Shown here: positions 1 through 7,432 of the stretch, piece by piece
How positions within the stretch are numbered: position 1 is the first letter of the stretch
Layout: the number at the start of each line of letters is the position of its first letter
Assembly (NCBI GenBank): GCA_045106895.1
Contig: JBGCFM010000127.1
Coordinates: 1-19,450, forward strand
Source: Polyangiales bacterium
Lineage (GTDB): Bacteria; Myxococcota_A; Polyangia; Polyangiales; Houyiibacteriaceae
Reading direction: 5' to 3'
DNA length: 19,450 nucleotides
The notes under the pieces: generated by a model
What the model was told of the DNA's origin: nothing
Seen by the model: only the letters and a program-made list of their open reading frames with translations
Databases searched by the model: none
Made by a program: the position numbers and the translations under genes

Positions 1-53
1 GAGGCTGGATGGTTTGTCTGTTCCTTGCATATGGGCAAGAGTGATCGATGATA

Positions 54-160
54 AACGACTCATGACAGAACGACTCATGACAGAGTGACTCTGCTGAGGA
101 TCCTCATGACAGGAGACTGAACGACTCTGCTGAATAGGCTCATGACAGATCTCTGACAGG
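54..160. repeat. Array of short direct and palindromic repeats (core CTCATGACAG x4)
   Basis: AACGACTCATGACAG is in perfect tandem at 54-68 and 69-83. CTCATGACAG recurs at 103-112 and 139-148, and GACTCTGCTGA at 87-97 and 123-133, giving two imperfect 36-bp units (87-122, 123-158). Internal palindromes are CAGAGT-G-ACTCTG (81-93) and TGAGGATCCTCA (95-106). Confidence 0.85.
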
Positions 161-194
161 ACACTGTTGTCCAACGCTATGTCCACACGCCTCC

Positions 195-228
195 AAACCA
201 AAACGCCGGACCCAAGGGCCCGGCGTTT
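195..228 (-). terminator. Intrinsic terminator of nrdJ
   Basis: The minus strand reads AAACGCCGGGCCC-TT-GGGTCCGGCGTTTTGGTTT: a GC-rich stem with one G-U pair and a U-rich tail, about 20 nt after the nrdJ stop. Confidence 0.8.
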
Positions 229-249
229 CCATCATCCGTTACCTACGAA

Positions 250-3200
250 CTACGAACAACCCATCGAGTTCCCACAGTTCAAACACCGGTAACAAGCCCC
301 ATTCCGCACCGTCGTATGCCCGCACTTATCGCACATAGGAGCATCCCCCATCATCTCCGCCATGTGCTCGCTGAGCACTGACTTCGGCGCGGCGCCTTCA
401 TCAAAACCAAACGTGGCCTGCTCCGCCTTTTCAATCGCAGGAGGCGCTTCCGAGTACACGGCGCCCTGGGCACGGTTCGCGGCCATGGCGTCGGTGTTGC
501 TCATGAGCTGCTCTTGTTCTTCCTTCGGAGGAACCTGAGCGAAGTCGTAGCGCTTGAGGTACTCGACGCCGAGAACGCGGAAGACGTAGTCGATGATGGA
601 GGTGGAGAACTTGATGTTCGGATGACCCTCGACGATGCCGCCTGGCTCGAAGCGGGTGAAGGTGAACTGGTTGACGTAGCTCTCGAGAGGGACGCCGTGC
701 TGGAGGCCCATGCTGACGCTGATGGCGAAGCTGTTCATCAGGCTGCGGAAGGCGGCGCCCTCCTTGTGCATGTCGATGAAGATCTCGCCGAGGCTCTCGT
801 CCTCGTACTCGCCGGTGCGAAGGAAGACCTTGTGTCCGCCGATGCGTGCTTCCTGGGTGAACCCAGCGCGCTTCTTTGGAAGTCGGTGCCGGACGCTCTC
901 GGGCGGGCACATACCTTCTTGCTTGGCCGTGAGCTGAGGCCGGCTGGCGGTGACGCTGATGGCGACGCCTTCTTCGGTCTCTTCGTCGGTGTCATCGCTG
1001 GCGCTGAGCGGCTGGCTCATCTTGCTGCCGTCGCGGTAGAGAGCCACAGCCTTGAGGCCGAGCTTCCAACCTTCCATGTAGATCTCTTCGACCTCTTCGA
1101 TGGTGGCCTCGTTGGGGAGGTTCACGGTCTTGGAGATGGCGCCGGAGAGGAAAGGCTGGGCTGCAGCCATCATGCGCACGTGGCTCATCGGCGCGAGGAA
1201 TCGCTCGCCCTTTTTGCCGCAGCGGTTGGCGCAGTCGAAGACCGGGAGGTGCTCGGTGCGAAGGTGCGGTGCGCCCTCGACGGTGAGGCGACCGATGATG
1301 ACCTCGTTGAGCTCTTCGATCTGCTTGGCGTTGAAACCCCAGTGCTTGAGGACGCTCCAGCCCGGCGTGTTGTACGCCTCGGCGGGGATGCCCATGCGGT
1401 CGAAGGCTTCGGTGCCGAGGACCCAAGGCGCGAGGGCCTGGCTCACGTCGAAGACGCCGCGGAGGGCTTCTTCAGCGGCGCTGATGTCGCGGTCCGTGAG
1501 GCCCTTGTCGAGGAGCACCTTGCGGCCGATGTGCGGCGCGCCGGTGAAGGTGTTGGTGCCCGTCACGTAGGAGACGATGTCGAGGACCTGGGCCTCGGTG
1601 TAGCCGAGGTTGGCGAGGGCCGCGGGGACGCTCTGGTTGACGATCTTGAAGTAACCGCCGCCGGCGAGCTTCTTGAACTTCACGAGGGCGAAGTCAGGCT
1701 CGATGCCTGTGGTGTCGCAGTCCATGAGAAGACCGATGGTGCCGGTGGGCGCAAGCACGGTGGCCTGGGCGTTGCGGTAGCCGTACTTCTCGCCGAGCTT
1801 CACGGCCAAGTCCCAGTCCTGACGCGCAGCGCGAATCAGTTCCTTGGGGCAACCGGCTGGGCTGTCTTCGACGATGCCAGGTCCGCCGACCTCGTCGATG
1901 CGGTACGCAGCTTCGCGGTGCATCTTCATGACCTTCATGAAGGGCTGGCGGTTGCGTGTGTAGCCGTTGAAGGGGCCCTTGGTGCTGGAGATCTCAGCGC
2001 TCGTGGCGTAGGCGTGTCCACAGAGGATGGCCGTGAGGGACGACGCGATGCTGCGGCCCTTGTCGGAGTCGTAAGGGATGCCGAGGCGCATGAGCATGGT
2101 GCCCAAGTTTGCGTAGCCGAGACCGAGGGGCCGGTAGTCGTGGCTGTTCTTGGCGATCTGCTTGGTGGGGTAGCTCGCGAGGTCGACGACGATGTCCATC
2201 GCGAGGATGAGCACGCGGATGGCCTGGCGGTAGCCTTCGACGTCGAAGTTGCCCTTGTCGTCGAGGAACTTCACGAGGTTGATGCTGGCGAGGTTACACG
2301 CCGAGTCATCGAGGAACATGTACTCGCTGCAAGGATTGGAGCCGTTGATGCGGTCCGTGTTTGCGCAGGTGTGCCAGTCGTTGATGGTGGTGTCGTACTG
2401 GACGCCTGGGTCGGCGCAGTTCCAAGCCGCCAAGGAGACCTTGCGCCAGAGGTCGCGGGCCTTGAAGGTCTCCACGGTCTCGCCGGTGGTTCGCATGGTG
2501 GTGTTCCACTCACCGTCGCGCTCCACAGCCTTCATGAACTCGTCCGTGACGCGGACGCTGTTGTTGGAGTTCTGGCCGCTGACCGTGTGGTAAGCCTCGC
2601 CGTTGAAGTCGGAGTCGTAACCCTGAGCGATGAGGGCCTGGGCCTTCTTCTCTTCGCGGGACTTCCAAGTGATGAAGTCCACGATCTCTGGGTGGTCCAT
2701 GTCGAGGCTGACCATCTTCGCCGCACGGCGCGTGGTGCCGCCGCTCTTGGTGGCGCCTGCTGCGCGGTCGAGGACTTCGAGGAAGCTCATCAGACCGCTG
2801 GAGGTGCCGCCGCCGCTCAGCTTCTCTTGGCGACCGCGGATGCGGGAGAAGTTACTGCCGGTGCCGGAGCCGAACTTGAAGAGACGGGCTTCGTTCTTCA
2901 CGAGCTCGTAGATCTCCATGAGGTCGTCGTCGACGCTCTGGATGAAACACGCCGAGCACTGGGGGCGGGAGTAGGCGTTGTCGATCTGGTCGATCTCGTC
3001 GGTGTCTTCGGTCCAAGCCCAGCTGCCCTTGGCGCCGGTGATCTCGTATTCGTGCCAGAGGCCGCAGTTGAACCAGACGGGGGAGTTGAAGGCGGCCTTC
3101 TGGTTGATGAGGAGGTGGGCGAGCTCCTGCTCGAAGTTCTCGGCGGCTTCTTCGTTGGCGAAGTACTTGCCGTACTCTTCACCCGTGGCGCGGATGGTGT

Positions 3201-3540
3201 GGGCGACGCGGTGGACGAGCTGCTTGACGGAGCGCTCTCCTTTGTTCTTGTCGCCGTTGAGGCCAGCCTTGCGGAAGTACTTGCTGACGGCGATGTCTGT
3301 GGCGAGCTGGCTCCAGCCCGTCGGAACCTCGGCACCCTTGAGCTCGAAGACGACGCTGCCGTCGGAGCCGCTGATGACGCTGTTGCGAAGCTCGTAGTCC
3401 ACGGTGTCGTACGCCGACTCACCGTCGCGGGTGAGCTTGCGTTCGATGGGCAAGCCGCCGGCCTGCTGCGTGATCTCGGCTCGACGCTCTGCGCCCTCGA
3501 GGGTGGTCTCTCCGTCCATGTTCCGATTTTCTAGTGCCAC
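250..3540 (-). CDS. nrdJ: Class II adenosylcobalamin-dependent ribonucleotide reductase, single chain, with C-terminal TSCPD-like domain and Zn-ribbon
   Basis: Motifs: [46 protein letters not shown] (thiyl Cys and Glu), [46 protein letters not shown], and C-terminal CDKC..CLNC..GCS. No ATP-cone or intein seen. Start placed at GTG 3540, which has GAAGG upstream. ATG 3519 is the alternative, and the TTG at 3651 is unlikely. Confidence 0.97.
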   Translation of the reverse strand: MALENRNMDGETTLEGAERRAEITQQAGGLPIERKLTRDGESAYDTVDYELRNSVISGSDGSVVFELKGAEVPTGWSQLATDIAVSKYFRKAGLNGDKNKGERSVKQLVHRVAHTIRATGEEYGKYFANEEAAENFEQELAHLLINQKAAFNSPVWFNCGLWHEYEITGAKGSWAWTEDTDEIDQIDNAYSRPQCSACFIQSVDDDLMEIYELVKNEARLFKFGSGTGSNFSRIRGRQEKLSGGGTSSGLMSFLEVLDRAAGATKSGGTTRRAAKMVSLDMDHPEIVDFITWKSREEKKAQALIAQGYDSDFNGEAYHTVSGQNSNNSVRVTDEFMKAVERDGEWNTTMRTTGETVETFKARDLWRKVSLAAWNCADPGVQYDTTINDWHTCANTDRINGSNPCSEYMFLDDSACNLASINLVKFLDDKGNFDVEGYRQAIRVLILAMDIVVDLASYPTKQIAKNSHDYRPLGLGYANLGTMLMRLGIPYDSDKGRSIASSLTAILCGHAYATSAEISSTKGPFNGYTRNRQPFMKVMKMHREAAYRIDEVGGPGIVEDSPAGCPKELIRAARQDWDLAVKLGEKYGYRNAQATVLAPTGTIGLLMDCDTTGIEPDFALVKFKKLAGGGYFKIVNQSVPAALANLGYTEAQVLDIVSYVTGTNTFTGAPHIGRKVLLDKGLTDRDISAAEEALRGVFDVSQALAPWVLGTEAFDRMGIPAEAYNTPGWSVLKHWGFNAKQIEELNEVIIGRLTVEGAPHLRTEHLPVFDCANRCGKKGERFLAPMSHVRMMAAAQPFLSGAISKTVNLPNEATIEEVEEIYMEGWKLGLKAVALYRDGSKMSQPLSASDDTDEETEEGVAISVTASRPQLTAKQEGMCPPESVRHRLPKKRAGFTQEARIGGHKVFLRTGEYEDESLGEIFIDMHKEGAAFRSLMNSFAISVSMGLQHGVPLESYVNQFTFTRFEPGGIVEGHPNIKFSTSIIDYVFRVLGVEYLKRYDFAQVPPKEEQEQLMSNTDAMAANRAQGAVYSEAPPAIEKAEQATFGFDEGAAPKSVLSEHMAEMMGDAPMCDKCGHTTVRNGACYRCLNCGNSMGCS

Positions 3541-4161
3541 GTGTGTTCCGCCTTCTCTTCTGTGCCGCGATGTGCGTCGCGGGCTTCTAAAACTGTTTGC
3601 CTGTTTGGTGTTGGGCCAGCGCCGCGGCTCAACACCCTCTTGTCTCGTCAAAAACTACCGAATCTCTACTCAATCCACTGCTCAGACATTCTCGCAAAAA
3701 CGTGTGACATCGCCCGCGTCGCTGCTTTAGACGCAACGCGCAAGAATCCGTCGGGCAGCTGCCCCCAGCCTGTCCCCAGTCACGCCTCTGTTTTTCCCCA
3801 CTTTGACGACAAAACCATCGGAAAATCCGCATTGGATGAGCTTAGCTACCGAAATGACTAAGCTTTTTCCGATTTTTCCGCTGTCAGAGTCGCTTTCTTC
3901 TCTGCCTGCCCCGCTACCGGTTGGGTCTGTCCAGGTGACAACACCACCACCCGTAGGGGAGACCTGAGTTGACACAAGGGGGCAGGGGCCGTCAAGAGAC
4001 TCTGTGACGACCTCGCGTCGATTGTCATTTGAGGCCCAAATTATGGGCATCTGAGCGCGCCTTTTGAGCGGACAATTTTGTCAGTTTTGACGAGGGCCGG
4101 GAGTGTTTCACGAAGGACACCCACGACGCGTGCAGTGCGAGGTATTGCCATGTCGTGAGAC

Positions 4162-4177
4162 ATACTAGATGTAGTGG
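4162..4177. promoter_or_regulatory. NrdR box (putative)
   Basis: The minus strand reads CCACTACATCTAGTAT, matching all strongly conserved positions of the NrdR-box consensus acaCwAtATaTwGtgt. It lies upstream of an RNR gene, but about 620 bp from the start, and no equally good partner box is present. Confidence 0.65.
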
Positions 4178-4211
4178 TTGAGCCCAAAATAAAGCGCAAG
4201 AGAAACTCAAT

Positions 4212-4232
4212 ACATCCTAAAACATAGGATGT
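4212..4232. promoter_or_regulatory. Perfect inverted repeat ACATCCTA-N5-TAGGATGT, possible transcription-factor site
   Basis: Perfect 8-bp arms in an AT-rich stretch about 35 bp upstream of the NrdR box (minus-strand sense). The binding factor is unknown. Confidence 0.4.
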
Positions 4233-4475
4233 GCGAACATGTGCGGTGCTGTGAGGCGCTACGCAAAAAAGTGCGTGTCGAGATTGCACCGATGGGGCCG
4301 GGAATTCGCGGACCGGAACTTTTATGGCCCCGGATTCATTCATTTTTTCGCCCGCACACATGTGCGAAAGCGTGCGGTAAAAACGCTTCGACGCAGCGCG
4401 TAAAGACGAGTGTATCGAACGCGCTAATCGGGGGGCGATCGCGCGACGTTTGGAGGCCCGAAATCCACGCGGGGC

Positions 4476-4510
4476 TTCAGGGGCTGGGCCGCATGGGACC
4501 CAGCCCCGAA
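4476..4510. other. Strong GC-rich stem-loop downstream of the SDR gene (possible transcript-end element)
   Basis: GGGGCTGGG (4480-4488) pairs with CCCAGCCCC (4499-4507), extended by TTC/GAA. There is no clear U-tract on the minus strand. Confidence 0.4.
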
Positions 4511-4576
4511 TTTGCCTTCGCAGGGCGGTGTTGGGGCTCCGTTTTGGACCGGTATTCGATCCATTGGATGAGGGGA

Positions 4577-5329
4577 CTACATGACGTTGTTGCGAAGACC
4601 GCCGTCGACGCTGAGCTCTTCGCCGGTGATGAAGCGCGACTCGCCAGAGAGGAGGAACGCGAAGGCCGCGGCGATGTCAGCGCTGACGCCGAAGTGACCG
4701 AGGGGAATGCGGCTCGTCATGTGCGTGGCGAAGCCTTCTTGTTCCGCCGCGGGCATGCCGAGCTTGTCGTAGATAGGCGTCTCGATAGGCCCAGGAGCCA
4801 CGGAGTTGACGCGAATGCCGGCGCCCGCCAGCTCCACCGAGAGGGAGCGTACGAGGGAGCGTAGAGCGCCCTTTGTCGCGCCGTAGGGAGCCGCGCCGCC
4901 CATGCCCACTTCGTGGACGATGGACGTATTGAAGACGACGGAAGCGCCCTTGTTGAGAAGCGGCTGCAGGTGCTGAAGGAGAAAGAAGGGGCCTTTCACG
5001 TTCACCGTGAAGAGCTGGTCGAAGGACTCTTCGTCCCAAGCGTCCAGGGGCTTGAAGGATGCGATGCCGGCGTTCAGCACCACGCCGTCGAGGGTGCCGT
5101 ACTTGTTCTTGATGTGTTCCGCGAGGGCGCGGATGTCTTCGAGTTTGCCGGCGTCGGAGGCGACGACCTCGGTATTCGCCGGCGCGGAGGCCCTGGCTTT
5201 CTCCAGCGTCTTGGGGTTGCGGCCCGTCGCGATAACGCGCGCGCCCTTCTCCGCCAGGAGTGCGACGGTTGCCGCGCCGATGCCAGTGGTTCCGCCGGTG
5301 ACGAGATAGGTTTTGTTGGAGTGGGTCAT
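4577..5329 (-). CDS. Short-chain dehydrogenase/reductase (classical SDR, 250 aa)
   Basis: TGGTTGIG Rossmann motif, LNAGI, TVNVKG, catalytic YGATK (YxxxK), IRVNSVAPGPIETP and ITGEELSVDGG. Start is ATG 5329 (MTHSNKTY). The longer ORF runs through the operator and the Rrf2 gene. Confidence 0.95.
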   Translation of the reverse strand: MTHSNKTYLVTGGTTGIGAATVALLAEKGARVIATGRNPKTLEKARASAPANTEVVASDAGKLEDIRALAEHIKNKYGTLDGVVLNAGIASFKPLDAWDEESFDQLFTVNVKGPFFLLQHLQPLLNKGASVVFNTSIVHEVGMGGAAPYGATKGALRSLVRSLSVELAGAGIRVNSVAPGPIETPIYDKLGMPAAEQEGFATHMTSRIPLGHFGVSADIAAAFAFLLSGESRFITGEELSVDGGLRNNVM

Positions 5330-5353
5330 GGGTTTGTTCTTTCTGGGTAATTC

Positions 5354-5372
5354 TGTAATGTTGTTTGTTACA
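5354..5372. promoter_or_regulatory. Rrf2-type operator TGTAA-N9-TTACA upstream of the SDR
   Basis: The sequence is TGTAA-TGTTGTTTG-TTACA with perfect arms, in an AT-rich patch about 25 bp before the SDR start. A second copy precedes the Rrf2 gene. Confidence 0.8.
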
Positions 5373-5414
5373 AATTTAGACAAACGCTTGCCGGGGTGAC
5401 TTGCGCGCGGAAGC

Positions 5415-5819
5415 TCAGCCGACCTCTTGGTCGACCAAAGATTGAAGGGTCGTCTTGCGAAGCACGGGGATCGCTTTGTCCGCGACCTCGCTTTCGAGAC
5501 GCTCAAAGATCGAAGGCATGCACTCGGAGACGATGCAGACCTTCTGCGGGTCTTTGGTGTGACCCGTCACAAAAGGCGGCTCACCGATGGCTTCGTAGAC
5601 ATCGTAGGCGGTGATCTTGGAGGCAGGTTGGGCGAGGCAGCTGCCCCCGCCTGGCCCCGAGATGGTCTCGACGAGTCCCGCAGCGCTAAGCTGCGCGAGG
5701 ATGCGGCGCACGGTCACCGCGTTGGCGCCAATGCTCGAAGCCAGCGCCGACGAGGGAAGTCGCTTTCCCTCGTTGTAGGCCAACGCGACCATTGCATGTA
5801 GTCCGATTCCGAAGCTCAT
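5415..5819 (-). CDS. Rrf2 family transcriptional regulator (YwnA/SaiR/HypR/SifR-like, probably not Fe-S)
   Basis: GLHAMVAL helix, SSALASSIGANAVTVRRIL HTH, GPGGGSCLAQPASKITAYDVYEAI wing, HTKDPQKVC loop resembling the HxxPNPxC motif, and C-terminal LRKTTLQSL. Confidence 0.93.
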   Translation of the reverse strand: MSFGIGLHAMVALAYNEGKRLPSSALASSIGANAVTVRRILAQLSAAGLVETISGPGGGSCLAQPASKITAYDVYEAIGEPPFVTGHTKDPQKVCIVSECMPSIFERLESEVADKAIPVLRKTTLQSLVDQEVG

Positions 5820-5824
5820 CGAGA

Positions 5825-5857
5825 ACTGTAGTATGTGTTGTTACAGATAACTGTCAA
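5825..5857 (-). promoter_or_regulatory. Sigma70-type promoter of the Rrf2 gene, overlapped by an autoregulatory operator
   Basis: Perfect TTGACA at 5857-5852. The -10 candidates are CATACT (16-bp spacer) or TACAGT (5 nt before the ATG). The operator TGTAG-N9-TTACA at 5827-5845 covers the spacer and -10. Confidence 0.7.
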
Positions 5858-5974
5858 CACCGCGGGGATGAGAAAGTCGCTCACCGTGATGCTCTGGTCT
5901 CGGGGTGTGGCAGGGCTACAACAGGTTTCAGCCCAGGTTTTCCGTGTCGGCGCAAAAACCGGCCAAATGGCCGG

Positions 5975-5990
5975 TGGCACGCTCCCTGCT
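5975..5990 (+). promoter_or_regulatory. Sigma54 (-24/-12) promoter
   Basis: TGGCACGCTCCCTGCT, with GG (5976-5977) and GC (5988-5989) 10 nt apart. Upstream 15-bp imperfect palindromes TGAG-N7-CTCA (5869-5883) and TGTGGC-N3-GCTACA (5906-5920) may be activator sites. Confidence 0.65.
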
Positions 5991-6002
5991 CTAGAGGACG
6001 AC

Positions 6003-6647
6003 ATGAAGCTCACATTCATGGCCCTCTTGCTCTCCTCGATCTTCTTCGCTCAGACAGCAGACGCTCAGACGCTCAGCATCGACAGCGCCTACTCGCTGGG
6101 GGAGACACAACCGCTCCCTAGGCCTCAAGCGCCGCGCGAAACCCAACCCGTTTCGCCCATGCTCGCTCTCTCCACGAGCTTAGGCGGTCTCGCCGGTGTC
6201 GCCGGCGGGTTCGGCCTTGCCTGGGGCCCTGCCCTTGCCAGTGATCGCTCCTGCAGCACAGATTCCTCGGAGGAGCTCTGCGGACTCGAGTCGGTGTTCA
6301 TATTGATGGGCACAACCTGGGCCACGCCGGCGACCACAGCCCTCGGAATCTGGCTGGCGGGACGCGCGTCCGGCGGCCGCGGCAACTATGGACTGACTCT
6401 TCTGGGCTCAGCCCTTGGCGGCACTGCTGGCGCTGGATTCGCGCTTCTGGGGCTGAGTCGCGAATCACGAGGCGCGCATGTTGCGGGCTTCATGGCGATC
6501 CCCGTCCTAGAGTGGGTCGGTGGCCTCATCGCCTATCACCTATCGCACAACGCAAGCATTCAACGAGAGCGAAACGATCGCGCCATGATGCCGATGGTGC
6601 AAGTCGAGCAAGGCGGCGCGTCGCTGCAGCTCAGCGGCGCGTTCTAG
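6003..6647 (+). CDS. Hypothetical exported/membrane protein with Gly-zipper-like helices and C-terminal ..GASLQLSGAF
   Basis: Signal peptide MKLTFMALLLSSIFFAQTADA, about four Gly/Ala-rich hydrophobic segments, a Cys pair (SCSTDSSEELC) and a terminal Phe. AGAGGA precedes ATG 6003. Confidence 0.8.
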   Translation: MKLTFMALLLSSIFFAQTADAQTLSIDSAYSLGETQPLPRPQAPRETQPVSPMLALSTSLGGLAGVAGGFGLAWGPALASDRSCSTDSSEELCGLESVFILMGTTWATPATTALGIWLAGRASGGRGNYGLTLLGSALGGTAGAGFALLGLSRESRGAHVAGFMAIPVLEWVGGLIAYHLSHNASIQRERNDRAMMPMVQVEQGGASLQLSGAF

Positions 6648-6842
6648 CGAACTCGAAGCTCGACTCCTCAACGCGCCGTGCGTGTCGCGGCGACCAAAGT
6701 GAAGCGCTTTGACCTGTTCCGCCGACACCCAAACGACGTTCCCGACCGGCCGGCGTGAAAGCCAGTCACGGCCTGTGCTTGGCAGACCCAAACCCGTGTG
6801 CGCCGATCCGCGCGCGGTTCAGACTTCCCCTCGAATTGTGTT

Positions 6843-6858
6843 TGGAAGGTGCGTTGCT
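6843..6858 (+). promoter_or_regulatory. Sigma54 (-24/-12) promoter (putative)
   Basis: TGGAAGGTGCGTTGCT has correct GG-N10-GC spacing and ends about 37 bp before the lipoprotein ATG. Confidence 0.5.
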
Positions 6859-6895
6859 ACACCCTTCCGGTCATCGCTAACAGAAAGCCCTAATC

Positions 6896-7330
6896 ATGAA
6901 CAACACCATACATTCGCTTCTTACTCTTGCTCTCGTCGCCATGTCTCTTGTCGGCTGCGGGAACCCTTCCTACGTCGAAAGGCTGAGGGACGGACAGCGT
7001 GAAGCGAGCGAGTTCTTCTGCCCCTGCGACGTCACGGGTGAGGTGTTCGAAAACGAATCGGAATGCGTCACCGCCTACGAGAGCTTCGGAGAAGCGTACG
7101 CAACGTGCATCGAGCCAGTCTACAACAACTCGAGCGATACCGAGCGAGGGGTTTTCGACTGTTATGCAGACGAAAGCGAAGCAGAATCGGCCTGCGCGTA
7201 CCAAAGCACCTGCAGCGATGAAGAAAACCTAGAGCGTTGCCTTGGGGCGGCGAACTACGCGCGATGCGGGAGCTTAAGCGAGGAGACTCAAAACGCGCTC
7301 ACGACATGCACGGAGCTGCTCGAAATCTGA
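6896..7330 (+). CDS. Cys-rich acidic lipoprotein, hypothetical
   Basis: Hydrophobic signal ending in the lipobox LVGC, 10 further Cys in the mature part, and an acidic composition typical of myxobacterial surface lipoproteins. Confidence 0.85.
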   Translation: MNNTIHSLLTLALVAMSLVGCGNPSYVERLRDGQREASEFFCPCDVTGEVFENESECVTAYESFGEAYATCIEPVYNNSSDTERGVFDCYADESEAESACAYQSTCSDEENLERCLGAANYARCGSLSEETQNALTTCTELLEI

Positions 7331-7432
7331 GCCACATAGGCGAAGACGGAGGCGCTGGAGCGCTACGATTTCCGTGAGCAAACGCCACGGCGCGCCCCAA
7401 CGCCTAAGCGTCGGCAGGCGTTCGCGTTTTCT

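Noticed and set aside
1..78. Minus-strand frame open to the window edge (MSRSVMSRLSSITLAHMQGTDKPSSL, alternative ATG at 30)
   Set aside because: Only 10-26 codons are visible, with no RBS or recognisable motif. It cannot be supported without flanking sequence.
54..160. Possible mini-CRISPR array
   Set aside because: The constant parts are only 10-15 bp, the variable parts 4-5 bp, the periodicity is irregular, and no cas genes are in view.
514..3534. 1006-aa plus-strand ORF antisense to nrdJ
   Set aside because: It is a codon-register shadow of a strongly biased high-GC gene, with V/L/D/E/G-rich sequence, no motifs and no RBS.
250..3540. Intein, intron or split (nrdJa/nrdJb) organisation in the RNR
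   Set aside because: The frame is continuous, the catalytic motifs have normal spacing, and there are no intein N-/C-terminal (C..HN) or homing-endonuclease motifs.
3817..3873. Hammerhead ribozyme (GATGA...GAAA within a three-stem fold)
   Set aside because: The core reads TGGATGA rather than CTGATGA, and GAAA falls in a loop instead of the junction.
3905..3968. Cobalamin-riboswitch-like fragments (CTGCCCCGCTAC.., GGAGACCTG)
   Set aside because: They are on the strand opposite to nrdJ, and the GGGAA..GGTG and GCCACTG..GGGAAG core elements are missing.
3541..4576. Chromosomal oriC, or small CDSs (3727-4050, 4041-4361, 4229-4864) in the long intergenic region
   Set aside because: There are no perfect DnaA boxes, no clear unwinding element and no dnaA/dnaN context. 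The ORFs lack the local codon bias, an RBS and motifs.
5330..6002. N-terminal extensions of the SDR (to 5506) and of the 6003 gene (to 5835)
   Set aside because: They run across operators, promoters and the Rrf2 gene. Family motifs and the signal peptide begin at 5329 and 6003.
7399..7432. Bidirectional terminator between the convergent lipoprotein genes (AACGCCT/AGGCGTT)
   Set aside because: The 7-bp stem has a 10-nt loop and an offset T-run, which is too weak to call.
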